Positions 47,086 through 57,132 of a stretch of 64,000 bases of DNA are shown in pieces. The notes below the pieces were generated by a model. It was not told the DNA's origin and did no database searches. It was given only the letters and a program-made list of their open reading frames with translations. The DNA comes from a virus. The first letter of the stretch is position 1. Every line of letters begins with the position of its first letter. Location: IMG/VR virus record IMGVR_UViG_3300019766_000011, positions 5,668 to 69,667 of that record; one strand, 5' to 3'. The position numbers and the translations under genes are program-made.

Positions 47086-47998
47086 TCATTCTTACCAACT
47101 ACTAATTGGAAGTAATAATACTTCTTACCAAACTATTGAATTAACAGAACATGATGTTCATTTTGAGATTGTAAAGGATACAGCAGCAGGATCTACAGCT
47201 AAGTTTAAAATATTTAATTTAGATCCATCTGATTATGACTTAATTGAATCATACGGGGAGAATGTATCTGTTATATTCCTAGCTGGGTACTTAACAGATA
47301 CAACTTCTGAGATTTTTACTGGTAACGCTAATCTTATTTTCAATACTACGGAGAATGAAGATCACGTTATTAATATACATGCAGACTCTTCAGAAACCTT
47401 AATGTTAGATGCTTACTCCCAAATAACAATTCCAAGTGAAGGCAGTAATAAAGCAACAAGAAGGAAGGCTATTAAGGCACTTGCAAATGATCTACAAAAG
47501 ATAGCTAGACTTAATAATGATTATATTAATCTGTCCGTACAAGATAGTAACCTACAAGGACTATTTATGGATGATACCTTTGAATCCGGTTTTTCTTGGA
47601 TGGGTCCTACAGCTGCTGGACTAGATTGGCTTTGTAACTCAGTAGGGTACGACTGGTTTATTGATCAAGGTGAGTTTTATGTAAAACCTAAATCATTTAG
47701 TAAGGCTACAACTTCTGGATCTTTCAGTGGAAGTGTTATTTATCAATTAAGTGCTGATTCTGGTCTTTATAGTATTGAGAAAAAAGTAGGTAAAGCTTCT
47801 GAAGGGCTAAAACTAACAGCTAGGTGTGCATTACTTAATAAGGTTTCAGTAGGTGATAAAGTCGAAGTAATAGATGAGTTAGCTAATGGTACTTTTAAGA
47901 TTGATAAAATTAAAACATCTGGTCAATTTATTGGTGACCTTTGGGATACTGAACTAGAACTATCAACTGAAGCCTCAGAAAAGGCTAAGTCACTTTAA
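47069..47998 (+). CDS. baseplate hub protein
   Basis: FEI.K..A..KIFNL..AGY..IF.G pattern; position. Confidence 0.75.
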   Translation: MTLLLNHSYQLLIGSNNTSYQTIELTEHDVHFEIVKDTAAGSTAKFKIFNLDPSDYDLIESYGENVSVIFLAGYLTDTTSEIFTGNANLIFNTTENEDHVINIHADSSETLMLDAYSQITIPSEGSNKATRRKAIKALANDLQKIARLNNDYINLSVQDSNLQGLFMDDTFESGFSWMGPTAAGLDWLCNSVGYDWFIDQGEFYVKPKSFSKATTSGSFSGSVIYQLSADSGLYSIEKKVGKASEGLKLTARCALLNKVSVGDKVEVIDELANGTFKIDKIKTSGQFIGDLWDTELELSTEASEKAKSL

Positions 47999-48009
47999 AA
48001 GGAGGGATT

Positions 48010-48684
48010 ATGGAAAGTATTAATCAACCATCTGAGCAGGAATTGTTTGAAAATAATGTAACTTTTATGTTACAAGCTGTACGAACAGGTATACCCGGTA
48101 AAATAGTAAAAACAGATGGACAGAAAGCTACCGTAATCCCAACTGTTAAAAGGTTGTTTAAAGGTAAACCTATAGATCCGGTAGCTATCCCAAATGTACC
48201 TATTTGGAGATTAGGGACAAAGACAGCAAGGGTAACCGTACCTCTTAATAAGCAAGGTGGTGATTTTTGTTTAATCATGTTTGCTGAACGTCCTATAGAT
48301 ACATGGGCAGCAGGGGATGGCTCTCCCAAGGCCCCTAAAGACGGCGGACACCATGATACTCGTGGAGCTTGGTGTTTGGTAGGGTTAGAACCCTTTACAG
48401 CTGCTGCTGTCGATACAGAGAACCTTGTGGTTGAAATGAATAGAGATAAGCCTGCTAACTATTGTTCTATGACTTTAGCACCAACGGGTGTAATTAAGAT
48501 GGTATCTCCAAAAGAGATTATTTTAGATACACCAGTCGTTAAATGCACAGGTAATATAGAGGCAGCTCAAGAAGTCCAAGATAAGGTTGGTACGCTAGAC
48601 AGGCTTCGTCAGAATTATAATACAGCTACATACATTGGCAACCTAGGAGCACCAACTTCTATAACTAACAAGGTTGATTCATAA
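48010..48684 (+). CDS. baseplate central spike (gp138/gpV-like)
   Basis: RTGIPG.I..ATV.P..I.NVP..GD.CL.MFAER.ID.W..HHD. Confidence 0.85.
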   Translation: MESINQPSEQELFENNVTFMLQAVRTGIPGKIVKTDGQKATVIPTVKRLFKGKPIDPVAIPNVPIWRLGTKTARVTVPLNKQGGDFCLIMFAERPIDTWAAGDGSPKAPKDGGHHDTRGAWCLVGLEPFTAAAVDTENLVVEMNRDKPANYCSMTLAPTGVIKMVSPKEIILDTPVVKCTGNIEAAQEVQDKVGTLDRLRQNYNTATYIGNLGAPTSITNKVDS

Positions 48685-49202
48685 TGGCATTAGATTCTAC
48701 AACTTACGGAACAGCTTGTAATAATCTTTTAGCCACACAAGTAACTGATCCTACATCCCTTGATCTTAAATCACCTACAGAGATGGCAGAACTATTTGCA
48801 GCTGAGTATGATAAATATGCTAAAGGTGGAACACTTCTAGGTGCCGATTTAACTAAAGGTGGTGATATTACTATATTAGAAGCTGGCTTCATATCTGATA
48901 ATACAACTGCAATGTCAACTAAAATAGCTACTGCAATTTGCGGATACTGGGCATCTGCTACTACAGTATCTGAGACTCCCGAACATGGTGGTACTTCTGT
49001 AGTTTCTGTTGAGATACAAGCAATTACTGTTTTAGCAGCTATGATAGCTGCGGTTACCGATACTATCACAAATGTTGCAGGAGATGGTTGGATTGATCTC
49101 TTTAAAAATACTGAGGAAGTGGTTAAAACAATCCCTTGTATAATTACCGAGTTAGTAGGAGCACCACCAGTTTCTACAACTTTCCCTGAAAGTATTACAT
49201 AG
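48684..49202 (+). CDS. putative baseplate-associated protein
   Basis: Coupled to the spike gene. Confidence 0.55.
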   Translation: MALDSTTYGTACNNLLATQVTDPTSLDLKSPTEMAELFAAEYDKYAKGGTLLGADLTKGGDITILEAGFISDNTTAMSTKIATAICGYWASATTVSETPEHGGTSVVSVEIQAITVLAAMIAAVTDTITNVAGDGWIDLFKNTEEVVKTIPCIITELVGAPPVSTTFPESIT

Positions 49203-49211
49203 GAGTTACTT

Positions 49212-49541
49212 ATGGATTTCAGAATAGATCCCGCTACTGGGGATATCGACTTATTTGGAAGTTATGTTTCAGGAGTTGAACGAGCAGCACAAAGAATAGA
49301 TTTCCTCGTTAATACAATGAGGGGCGAGTGGTTTTATGATAGAACAAGTGGAATACCTTATTTCCAAGAGATACTTGGTAAAAAGAAATCTAAAGAAACA
49401 ATAGATGCACTATTTATAGAAGCACTTTTAAACGAGAACTACGTGGAGTCAGTTACTTCCTTTAGTTCAGAAATTATTGATAGAACATACATCCCCACTT
49501 TTACAATTAAAACTGTAGAAGGGGTTGTATCAAAAATTTAA
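49212..49541 (+). CDS. baseplate wedge protein (gp25/W-like)
   Basis: AQRI..GEWF.D..GIPYFQEILG. Confidence 0.8.
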   Translation: MDFRIDPATGDIDLFGSYVSGVERAAQRIDFLVNTMRGEWFYDRTSGIPYFQEILGKKKSKETIDALFIEALLNENYVESVTSFSSEIIDRTYIPTFTIKTVEGVVSKI

Positions 49542-49550
49542 GGAAATAAT

Positions 49551-51029
49551 ATGGCTGGCTTAACCGATAATGGTTTTGAAGTAAAAACCGTAGAAGAAAT
49601 TGTAGAGTCAATGAATGAAGACTACAAATTAAAATTTGGTGAAAACTTTGATGTTAATCGAGATGTAATTGGTCAACACTCTGCACAAACATCAAGTGAG
49701 TTAGCATTAGCTTGGGAAGCTATTGGTGGTATCTATGCTATGCTAGATCCTGATACAAATAGTGGTGTAATGCAAGATTTTACTGCAAGTTTAATTGGTA
49801 CTAACCGTTTATCAGGACAGCCTGCCACGCTTCCTAAAGTTTTAATTAAAGGTACTGATGGAGCTTCAGCTTCAACTACTAACCTAATTGTTTCTTATAA
49901 CTCGGAACAGTACGCACCTTCTTCTCCTCTTATTATTGACTCTAATGACTCTTACTGGTGGAAGATAGCTGTAACAGGATCAACTACTGTAACTAATATT
50001 ATTTTTACATCTACTAATTCATCTCAAGATATCACAGTAGGACTACTACTTTCTGATACTGAAGAAGAGATTGCTGATAAAGTTGTAAACTCTTTTAATG
50101 CAGCTCAGACAATTGGACTTAAAGATGTATTCTTTGCGGAGAAAGTGTTAGAAGGTTCTACTTGGACAATTGGAATACGCCTTCTACTTGAAGATGCAAA
50201 TGCAGAAGTAGTCACTGAAACCACCTCCGGACCTTTTACCTTTGAAGAGTATGGCACTGTATCACGCATGATCTCAATTTTAGAATCAGCAATTACGGTC
50301 CCACTTTTAACAACTTTGCAGATAGATTTACCACCTAGTAATATTACAGGTGCTTTTAATATTGATGCAGGACAAGCAGGACGTAAAACTGAAACAGCAG
50401 CAGAATTAAGAGTAAGACGTAAGAACTCTTTCAGTATATCAGGTGGTGGATCTTTAGCAGCTATCATTGGGAGAGTTGGTGATGTTACAGGTGTTACAAA
50501 TGTATCAGGTCTTCAGAATGTAACTAAAGTAACAGATTCTAATGGTTTACCAGCTTCAAGCTACCAGATTATAGTTTCAGGAACAGCTACTGATCTTGAT
50601 ATTGGTGAAGCTATACTAGATGCAGGACCAGCAGGTATTGAAACACATGGTGATGAATCAATTATCATAACAGACGAATCAGGTAATCCTGTTCCAGTTT
50701 ATTTCTCAAGAACAGAAATTGCGTATATCTCTGTTAAAGTGGTTTATACTTTATTTGATGAAGGTACTACTTCTGATGTAGTAGTTGATGAAATCAAGAA
50801 CGCTATCTTATTAGCAGCAGAGAAACGATCCGGTGGAGGTATTGATTTACTCCCTGATGTATACTCAGGAACCGTAATGGCGAATGTTGAAGGTCTAGAA
50901 TCTGCAACAGTTACTTTTAATGTTAGTGATGTTATAGAAACTAATCCAGTATTCACTTCAGGTAGACAAGTAATTACAAACCTTCAAATTCCTGAATTTA
51001 ATGCAGATAGAATACAGGTAACTTTATAA
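49551..51029 (+). CDS. baseplate J-like wedge protein
   Basis: GLT.NGF, G...ET.AELR.RR, PAGI.T.G, V.FSR. Confidence 0.88.
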   Translation: MAGLTDNGFEVKTVEEIVESMNEDYKLKFGENFDVNRDVIGQHSAQTSSELALAWEAIGGIYAMLDPDTNSGVMQDFTASLIGTNRLSGQPATLPKVLIKGTDGASASTTNLIVSYNSEQYAPSSPLIIDSNDSYWWKIAVTGSTTVTNIIFTSTNSSQDITVGLLLSDTEEEIADKVVNSFNAAQTIGLKDVFFAEKVLEGSTWTIGIRLLLEDANAEVVTETTSGPFTFEEYGTVSRMISILESAITVPLLTTLQIDLPPSNITGAFNIDAGQAGRKTETAAELRVRRKNSFSISGGGSLAAIIGRVGDVTGVTNVSGLQNVTKVTDSNGLPASSYQIIVSGTATDLDIGEAILDAGPAGIETHGDESIIITDESGNPVPVYFSRTEIAYISVKVVYTLFDEGTTSDVVVDEIKNAILLAAEKRSGGGIDLLPDVYSGTVMANVEGLESATVTFNVSDVIETNPVFTSGRQVITNLQIPEFNADRIQVTL

Positions 51030-51943
51030 TGAATATTAGAGATTCAGTAACTAAAGGGTTAGGTAGATCTCTTTCAATTGTAAAAAACAAACCTAACTTT
51101 AAAGCTCTTCAAGAGGTATCTCTCAAACAAGTGAAAGAGCTTGAAGATGCTATTTTTGATTTGATAGATCACTTAAGCATAAATGAAGCAACAGGTGATC
51201 TTCTTAATAAGATTGGGGCAATGGTTGGTGCTTACCGTAATGGTCGTTCTGATCCTGATTTCAGAGATGAAATATTTCTAAATATTGCAATCAACACATC
51301 GGATGGAACTCACAACAAGTTAATTAATATTATTAGATTGTTAACCAAATCAACCAACGTGAATATCCAAAGAGATTTCCCAGCAGGTCTTATTATTACT
51401 GTTGATGGAGCTAACGTAACACCAACTATGGCATCTAAGATACAAAGGGCTGTTGCAGCAGGTGTAAGCCTAACTCTTAATGGTACTAATGGTAAGAACC
51501 CTCTGGGGCTTGTATCAGGAAGTACAGGTCAGAACGGGGTTACGGGTGCTAAAGGTTTATATGATGATGGTTTGGATTTAGAAGAGGCTGGTTACCTTGT
51601 AGATGGTTTCCCTAATACCGGAATTAACTCACCTACCCTAGAGGGATATGTTAATGCAGCGGAGACTTACGCCACACCTCAATTAACAGCAGATGCTATA
51701 GTTGAAGTTTATAATAATCCCTCACAGTATACACCTATTTTTAATGCAAGGTTAGCTGTTGTAATTGCTGCATTCAATCCAACGGATGCTGTAGATTACC
51801 AAACTATTGCATTTAATTATTTGTTACTTTGGGGACTACAGGGCGAAACTGAAGAAGACTTCAATAAAGCTAAACCTGTTATCGACAGTCTACCAACATC
51901 CCTAGATAAAATTAGATATTTAACCTTACTAGGGGTTTACTAA
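51029..51943 (+). CDS. baseplate I-like wedge protein (DUF2612-like)
   Basis: ATGDLLNKIG..VG..R.GRSD.DFR..I..N.SDGT. Confidence 0.82.
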   Translation: MNIRDSVTKGLGRSLSIVKNKPNFKALQEVSLKQVKELEDAIFDLIDHLSINEATGDLLNKIGAMVGAYRNGRSDPDFRDEIFLNIAINTSDGTHNKLINIIRLLTKSTNVNIQRDFPAGLIITVDGANVTPTMASKIQRAVAAGVSLTLNGTNGKNPLGLVSGSTGQNGVTGAKGLYDDGLDLEEAGYLVDGFPNTGINSPTLEGYVNAAETYATPQLTADAIVEVYNNPSQYTPIFNARLAVVIAAFNPTDAVDYQTIAFNYLLLWGLQGETEEDFNKAKPVIDSLPTSLDKIRYLTLLGVY

Positions 51944-51952
51944 GGAGAAATT

Positions 51953-52951
51953 ATGGCTAAGCCAGCTACTACTTTTACGTTTGCTACTAACACTGTAAAC
52001 AACGGAACTTTTAATACACCCAACAAGAAAGCACCATCAGCTACTAAACTAGAAGATGGTTTTCTTGTTGAAACATTACATCGTGGAGAATTAAACTATT
52101 TATTTAATCAAATAGGTGAGTGGATAACTTACCTTGCAGATGATGTAAATGGAGAGAAAATTGAGTTCGGAACTTCTAAGGTTGAGATACCTGTTATTGA
52201 TGGGGATATTCTAAGTACTCGTAACAATGTACTAAAACAACGTATCACATCTAATACAACTGATTTTCTAAATGATATTAGAACAGAAAGTATTTCAGGT
52301 GATAATCATTTCTCAGTTAATAAAGAGACAGGTGAGATAACGGCACCATTACTAACTGGTAACGCTGGAACTGCTACTAAGCTTGAGACTGCCAGAACTA
52401 TTGAACTTACAGGTGATGTTACAGGGTCTGCAAATTTTGATGGTACATCTAATATAGATATTTCAGCAACTGTGAATGGGAACTTACACGAACATGATGC
52501 AGCAAAAATAACGACAGGTACTTTGAGTAATGCTCGACTAAATAAAGCTTCTTCTAGCACACAGGGTATTCTAAAAGTAAGTAACTCACTTAGTAGTACC
52601 AGTTCTTTGGATGCCTTATCTTCCTCAGGTGGTAAGAATTTGCAAGATCAAATTAGCTCACTACTTTCTTCACATACAACTATCTGGACAGGTAATCAAG
52701 TATATCTTGATATGAATTCATTACCCGGAGGTTGGCCGGGTGATGGATTCTACTTAGCAAATGGTACACTTATGTATTTAATTCAAAATCAAACAAATAG
52801 TGTAGTCTCGAGTGGTGGTGCGGGTGGAGGAGTTATGAGTATTACAAAACTTCTTAAAAATTCAAGTAATGTTATATTTTTCCGAACCTACTACGATGAC
52901 GGAACTGGATATGTCGATATTAATATTACAAGTTTGATTAAGGTAGGTTGA
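51953..52951 (+). CDS. tail fibre protein
   Basis: LNYLFNQIGEWITYL anchor, GNA.TATKL.TARTI.LTGDVTGSA.FDG, HEH. Confidence 0.85.
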   Translation: MAKPATTFTFATNTVNNGTFNTPNKKAPSATKLEDGFLVETLHRGELNYLFNQIGEWITYLADDVNGEKIEFGTSKVEIPVIDGDILSTRNNVLKQRITSNTTDFLNDIRTESISGDNHFSVNKETGEITAPLLTGNAGTATKLETARTIELTGDVTGSANFDGTSNIDISATVNGNLHEHDAAKITTGTLSNARLNKASSSTQGILKVSNSLSSTSSLDALSSSGGKNLQDQISSLLSSHTTIWTGNQVYLDMNSLPGGWPGDGFYLANGTLMYLIQNQTNSVVSSGGAGGGVMSITKLLKNSSNVIFFRTYYDDGTGYVDINITSLIKVG

Positions 52952-52975
52952 CACTACTAAGGAGAATTCCACAGG

Positions 52976-53872
52976 ATGGAAGCAATCACAACTAAAATAG
53001 GATTTATACCAGCTGCTGAAGATCTAACAGGTATGGTAGGTAGAGCTGTTGCAATTAATGGTTTCAACCCTGAATACAAACATGGTCTTTGGCAGCTACC
53101 TCGTACCCTTAAAGCAAAGGGTATCGTAACTAAGGGAGCCAAGACTTTAGATGCACCAGCAGTTGTTATATCAGGTGTAACGGATGTACGGTTATCAGCT
53201 ACCTCTGGCCCGGTATCTCCGGGTGATTCCTTAACTTGGGACACAGATGGCTACCTTACTAAAGGTGGGGCTTTTGCTACAGCACTAGGTTATGGGGATA
53301 GTGGTAAGATCATACCTGCTTTCATTTTTCCTACGGAAGAGAGTGGTATAGGGGGTAAATACGTTGAAGGTGGTAGATACTCTGATACAACGACTCAGAC
53401 GGTTACAGGTCCCGATATCCTAACACCTGTTCTTTATGGTCCCGGTGGTACAGATAATAGAGGTATCGCTACTATGGATACTGAAGGTGTTATAACTTTA
53501 AATAAGTCAGGACCTGCTTTTGTTAAGCTACATTTTAGAGTTGGTAGAACAGGCGCATCTGGTACTTCTAAGGTGGTTCTTAAAAGCCAAGTTTCTGTTG
53601 ATGGTGGAGCTTCTTGGCAATTTACTGAGAATGATGTATTCAGTGCATCACTTCATAACTCAACGGATATCGAAGTTATAAGTGAACAAGTATTTATCAA
53701 TGGCTTAGCTGGTTTTAAGTTTAGGACTGTATGGGCTAGGGATAGTACAGGAGATAATTCTGGTAATTTAGAACCATTAGAGATAGGACCTAATCTACAA
53801 GTACAAGGTTTAAGTGTACAACCAAGTGCTAGAATGGTTGTTTACTTTGATGAAGAGTTCGTATACTATTAA
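52976..53872 (+). CDS. virion protein: capsid-cement-like N-domain fused to beta-sandwich C-domain
   Basis: AAEDL..GRAV..G.V..V..SG..V..GD.LT.D.DG..AL..G.II pattern. Confidence 0.5.
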   Translation: MEAITTKIGFIPAAEDLTGMVGRAVAINGFNPEYKHGLWQLPRTLKAKGIVTKGAKTLDAPAVVISGVTDVRLSATSGPVSPGDSLTWDTDGYLTKGGAFATALGYGDSGKIIPAFIFPTEESGIGGKYVEGGRYSDTTTQTVTGPDILTPVLYGPGGTDNRGIATMDTEGVITLNKSGPAFVKLHFRVGRTGASGTSKVVLKSQVSVDGGASWQFTENDVFSASLHNSTDIEVISEQVFINGLAGFKFRTVWARDSTGDNSGNLEPLEIGPNLQVQGLSVQPSARMVVYFDEEFVYY

Positions 53873-53907
53873 TTCTAAAGTTAATAAAAATACCGTGAGG
53901 AGGTGTA

Positions 53908-54159
53908 ATGTCAGAACAAGTAGATCTATTAAGATTAAAGGAATCTGTGAGCGTATTACAGGGGATGTTAGCTAATCAAGTAATGGAGTACTCTCGACTG
54001 AAAGTAGAAGAGTCATTAGTTAGAAAAGATGCACAAGCCCTTAATACTTATTGTACTGAGTTAGAAGAGGAAGTTAGTAAATTACAAGCTGATAAATTAC
54101 AACTTAAAGCAAAGCTAAATTCAGTAACTTTGGATAATAAATCAGAATCATCTGAATAA
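53908..54159 (+). CDS. coiled-coil protein
   Basis: Heptad pattern; GAGGAGG SD. Confidence 0.65.
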   Translation: MSEQVDLLRLKESVSVLQGMLANQVMEYSRLKVEESLVRKDAQALNTYCTELEEEVSKLQADKLQLKAKLNSVTLDNKSESSE

Positions 54160-54234
54160 TTTTAATAAATAACTCATCTCATTAACTACAAGAGGCTTAT
54201 GCCTCTTTTTCATGCCCGAAGGGGATTAATATAA

Positions 54235-54450
54235 ATGTCAATAGAATCACACACAGCGGGTCATATAATTGATGGTGCTAGTGTTGTAACAGGAGTGCCA
54301 GTAACAGTGGCTACAGTAATATATGGTATCGACCTTGAAGCTTTCATCATGTACGGTACAGCCATACTTGTAGGAACCAGTTTACTAAAATTAGCTTGGA
54401 ATGCAGGAAAATTCGTAATCAAGAAAGCAAACGAGTTATTAGAAAAATAA
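54235..54450 (+). CDS. putative holin
   Basis: 71 aa, two hydrophobic segments, basic C-terminus, end of late operon. Confidence 0.6.
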   Translation: MSIESHTAGHIIDGASVVTGVPVTVATVIYGIDLEAFIMYGTAILVGTSLLKLAWNAGKFVIKKANELLEK

Positions 54451-54482
54451 CTTAGGAATAAAATACATGGAATGTAGACAAT

Positions 54483-54518
54483 AAGCCCCACACCTTAAAT
54501 GGTAGTGGGGCTTTTTTT
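54483..54518 (+). terminator. terminator between convergent operons
   Basis: aagccccac..gtggggctt + T-run. Confidence 0.8.
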
Positions 54519-54789
54519 ATTATTTTATTCTTTTAACTATTCGCAATTTAAGAAAAGAACCGTGGGATATGACTAATCTTTGGGCTTGCCTTAATGTCAT
54601 TAAATCCCACTTTAAGTCTTCCCATCTCTCAAAGAATTCACACCAGTCCTGTACCATGTAAGCGCGCTTCTTACTCATTGCCTGCCTCCAATTTGTTATT
54701 AATTAGATACTATAAACTAAATAATCACTCTGTCAATCATTTATAAAAATCCCTTAATATTTCTACTAAGGGATTCTAATTGTTAAAGT

Positions 54790-55100
54790 TTAAGGTTTAT
54801 TTAATTGACTATCTAGAAATTCTTTAATTATATCACCATGGCACCTTTTAGGTGAACAAAAGCATTCTAGTTTCACATCTTCTTTTTGAGCTATACGGTA
54901 GATACGTACAACTTCTTTATATAAAGAACAAGATTTATCTTTAATACTTTCATTAAAATAGACTTCAAATTCTTTAATTACTTTAGTTCGTTCTCTTTCG
55001 GATTGATTATTCATAATATAAGGATTACCTAAAGGAGAACCACGCCCTATATAAATAGCTCCTACATACCTATCCTTTTTATTAACAACTTTATAGTCAT
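54790..55100 (-). pseudogene. DUF4326-like gene with frameshift after codon 3
   Basis: YIGRGSPLGNPY and CFCSPKRCHGDII in one frame; upstream ATG (55100, MTIK) is out of frame by one base. Confidence 0.65.
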
Positions 55101-55107
55101 AAGTATA

Positions 55108-55674
55108 TCAAACTTCAAAGAAGTAAATACGTTTATTACCTTCAGGGTCACAAACCCAACGATTATGGTGTGCATTATTCTGCCACTTAGTATCAAAGTG
55201 GAGCCAGTTAACCCGGTTCTCAATCCTTCTAATACATTCAGGTACAAAGGAACCCTGTTCAATACGAGTCTTGATACTCTCACGAACTCGTTCAGCAGTG
55301 AAACTTTTAAACTTACAATCGAATGCACGACCCACTGAGTGCATAGACTTCTCAGACCAGTAGCTGCTTCCTAACTCCCGATACCCCGAATGTTTACAAG
55401 CATGACCATTATTAATAATCGTAGGACCGAAGGTAGCACGTAACCAATCAATAGCCACAAGGATACTTACATCAAACAACGCCCAACAAGATGTTTCACC
55501 TAATCTATCAAGAGTCTCCGGTTGTACAAGCTCTTTAATTCCGAAGTTGCGACAATGGTATTCCCCACGTCCTAAAACCTCCCAGTGACCTTCCTGAACC
55601 CATGCAATGAAGCCTTCATCACTTAATTTCTGTAGTTGTTCTTTCAAATTACCTTTACGTACAATATTATGCAT
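55108..55674 (-). CDS. peptidase M15-type endolysin
   Basis: SGYR, SMHSVGRAFD, WLHFD zinc motifs. Confidence 0.82.
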   Translation of the reverse strand: MHNIVRKGNLKEQLQKLSDEGFIAWVQEGHWEVLGRGEYHCRNFGIKELVQPETLDRLGETSCWALFDVSILVAIDWLRATFGPTIINNGHACKHSGYRELGSSYWSEKSMHSVGRAFDCKFKSFTAERVRESIKTRIEQGSFVPECIRRIENRVNWLHFDTKWQNNAHHNRWVCDPEGNKRIYFFEV

Positions 55675-56239
55675 CCCAGTCCCCTCCTTTTAGTTTTTGA
55701 ATTTGATTTTCTAACTTATCAAGAAGTAAATGACCCTTTTCTATTAGGGCAGATTCATCCTTTCTTTTGACGATATCGTAACACTCTGTAATTGTCAAAT
55801 TATTATTAACAAGTTTAACTAACGCAACACTTGTGTTATCTAACCCAAGTCCAAAGTTTGCTTGAATAGGGGGATGACCTTCTTGCTCTACATACCCCAC
55901 ATCCGGGTAGTATATGATAGCTGCTGGTGGTATTTTTCTCTTAATGGTAAAAGGTCCCTCGGTATGGTATCCGTCAATAGTTGCTCCATTAATACTCAAG
56001 TTAACATCTTTTGGACTGAATCCCGGTAAAGTAGTCTCTGAACTTTCAGGATACGAGTTAATACAATCACCTGCACTAGGGTCAATAGGGGTATTACACG
56101 ACTTATAACCCTCTTTTAGTAGAGCTAACTCCTTCTCCATATCCAAAATAGCAAGGTATTCTTCACGAGTAATAGTTGCTTGTGGTACATTGATAGAGTT
56201 ACTTGATGTAAACTTATTATGAATTGATTCAGGAAGCAT
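55667..56239 (-). CDS. mosaic hypothetical protein
   Basis: ORF with GGAGG SD; internal tube-like and terminase-like segments. Confidence 0.65.
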   Translation of the reverse strand: MLPESIHNKFTSSNSINVPQATITREEYLAILDMEKELALLKEGYKSCNTPIDPSAGDCINSYPESSETTLPGFSPKDVNLSINGATIDGYHTEGPFTIKRKIPPAAIIYYPDVGYVEQEGHPPIQANFGLGLDNTSVALVKLVNNNLTITECYDIVKRKDESALIEKGHLLLDKLENQIQKLKGGDWDA

Positions 56240-56242
56240 TGG

Positions 56243-57076
56243 TTATCCCTCCATGGTTTTATTGATTAGATCGCGTTTATCAATAATCTGACGATCATTA
56301 GTCATCTCAAACCCTTCTGGGAGTACCACAGTCTTAATGTAACCAGCGTCCAGACGTTTTTGAGTATCCACGACCCACTTCTGTAGGTCAGCTTCAAAAG
56401 TATCCTCAGAGGCTTCCCACGCTTCTGTGATAGCTAAACGATGTTCCATAATCTCATCACCAGATGCAATAACCCATTGAGGGTCTTCACCTACCACATA
56501 AGTAGAGTTGAAACTACGGATAGATGCATAAGGGAAAAGGGTGCATAGTCCTTGGTGACCTTCAAATACTTCAAAGAGTGCTACAAATAATTCATCCCAG
56601 TTATAGAAGACTTGACGTTTGGCACCAAAGATACGATTACGTTTATTAGCACTACAACGAAGCAGGAAGTCATCTAAGCTACTTAGACGGTCTTGCAGTG
56701 TACATGTATAAAGGTCCTGTAAATGCCAGTCAGTGGGCATTGCATCATGAACTACGAGGGTTACTTCACCTTCTTCATCACGAGAGATAAATGCATCAAG
56801 TGTTAGATGAATATCAATATTATCGAATACACGTTTCAGCTGTTCACGAAGTTTAGAACCTAGACGCTTATATGGTTGACCATCCATATCCCATGCAGTT
56901 ACTTTAGATTTCTCATCAGTACCACCACCTGTGATATGTATACGTTTATAATCAAGTGGGCTGTAGACAGGCATTACAATGACCGGAAACTTTAGACCAG
57001 TTAAGGATTGTTCGGATGGACGAGTTGGCAATGTTGCGAATACATAATTATCAGTTTCGATAGATTTGTTTGTCAT
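56243..57076 (-). CDS. degenerate ATP-dependent ligase-like protein
   Basis: FPV.V.P, LDAFI, LVVHDA, DRL..L, Y..G..W follow ligase motif order without KxDG. Confidence 0.55.
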   Translation of the reverse strand: MTNKSIETDNYVFATLPTRPSEQSLTGLKFPVIVMPVYSPLDYKRIHITGGGTDEKSKVTAWDMDGQPYKRLGSKLREQLKRVFDNIDIHLTLDAFISRDEEGEVTLVVHDAMPTDWHLQDLYTCTLQDRLSSLDDFLLRCSANKRNRIFGAKRQVFYNWDELFVALFEVFEGHQGLCTLFPYASIRSFNSTYVVGEDPQWVIASGDEIMEHRLAITEAWEASEDTFEADLQKWVVDTQKRLDAGYIKTVVLPEGFEMTNDRQIIDKRDLINKTMEG

Positions 57077-57132
57077 GTAAAGATTCTCCTCAGAATGAGA
57101 GCTACCCTTATTGGTAGCTCATGTTGGTAAGA

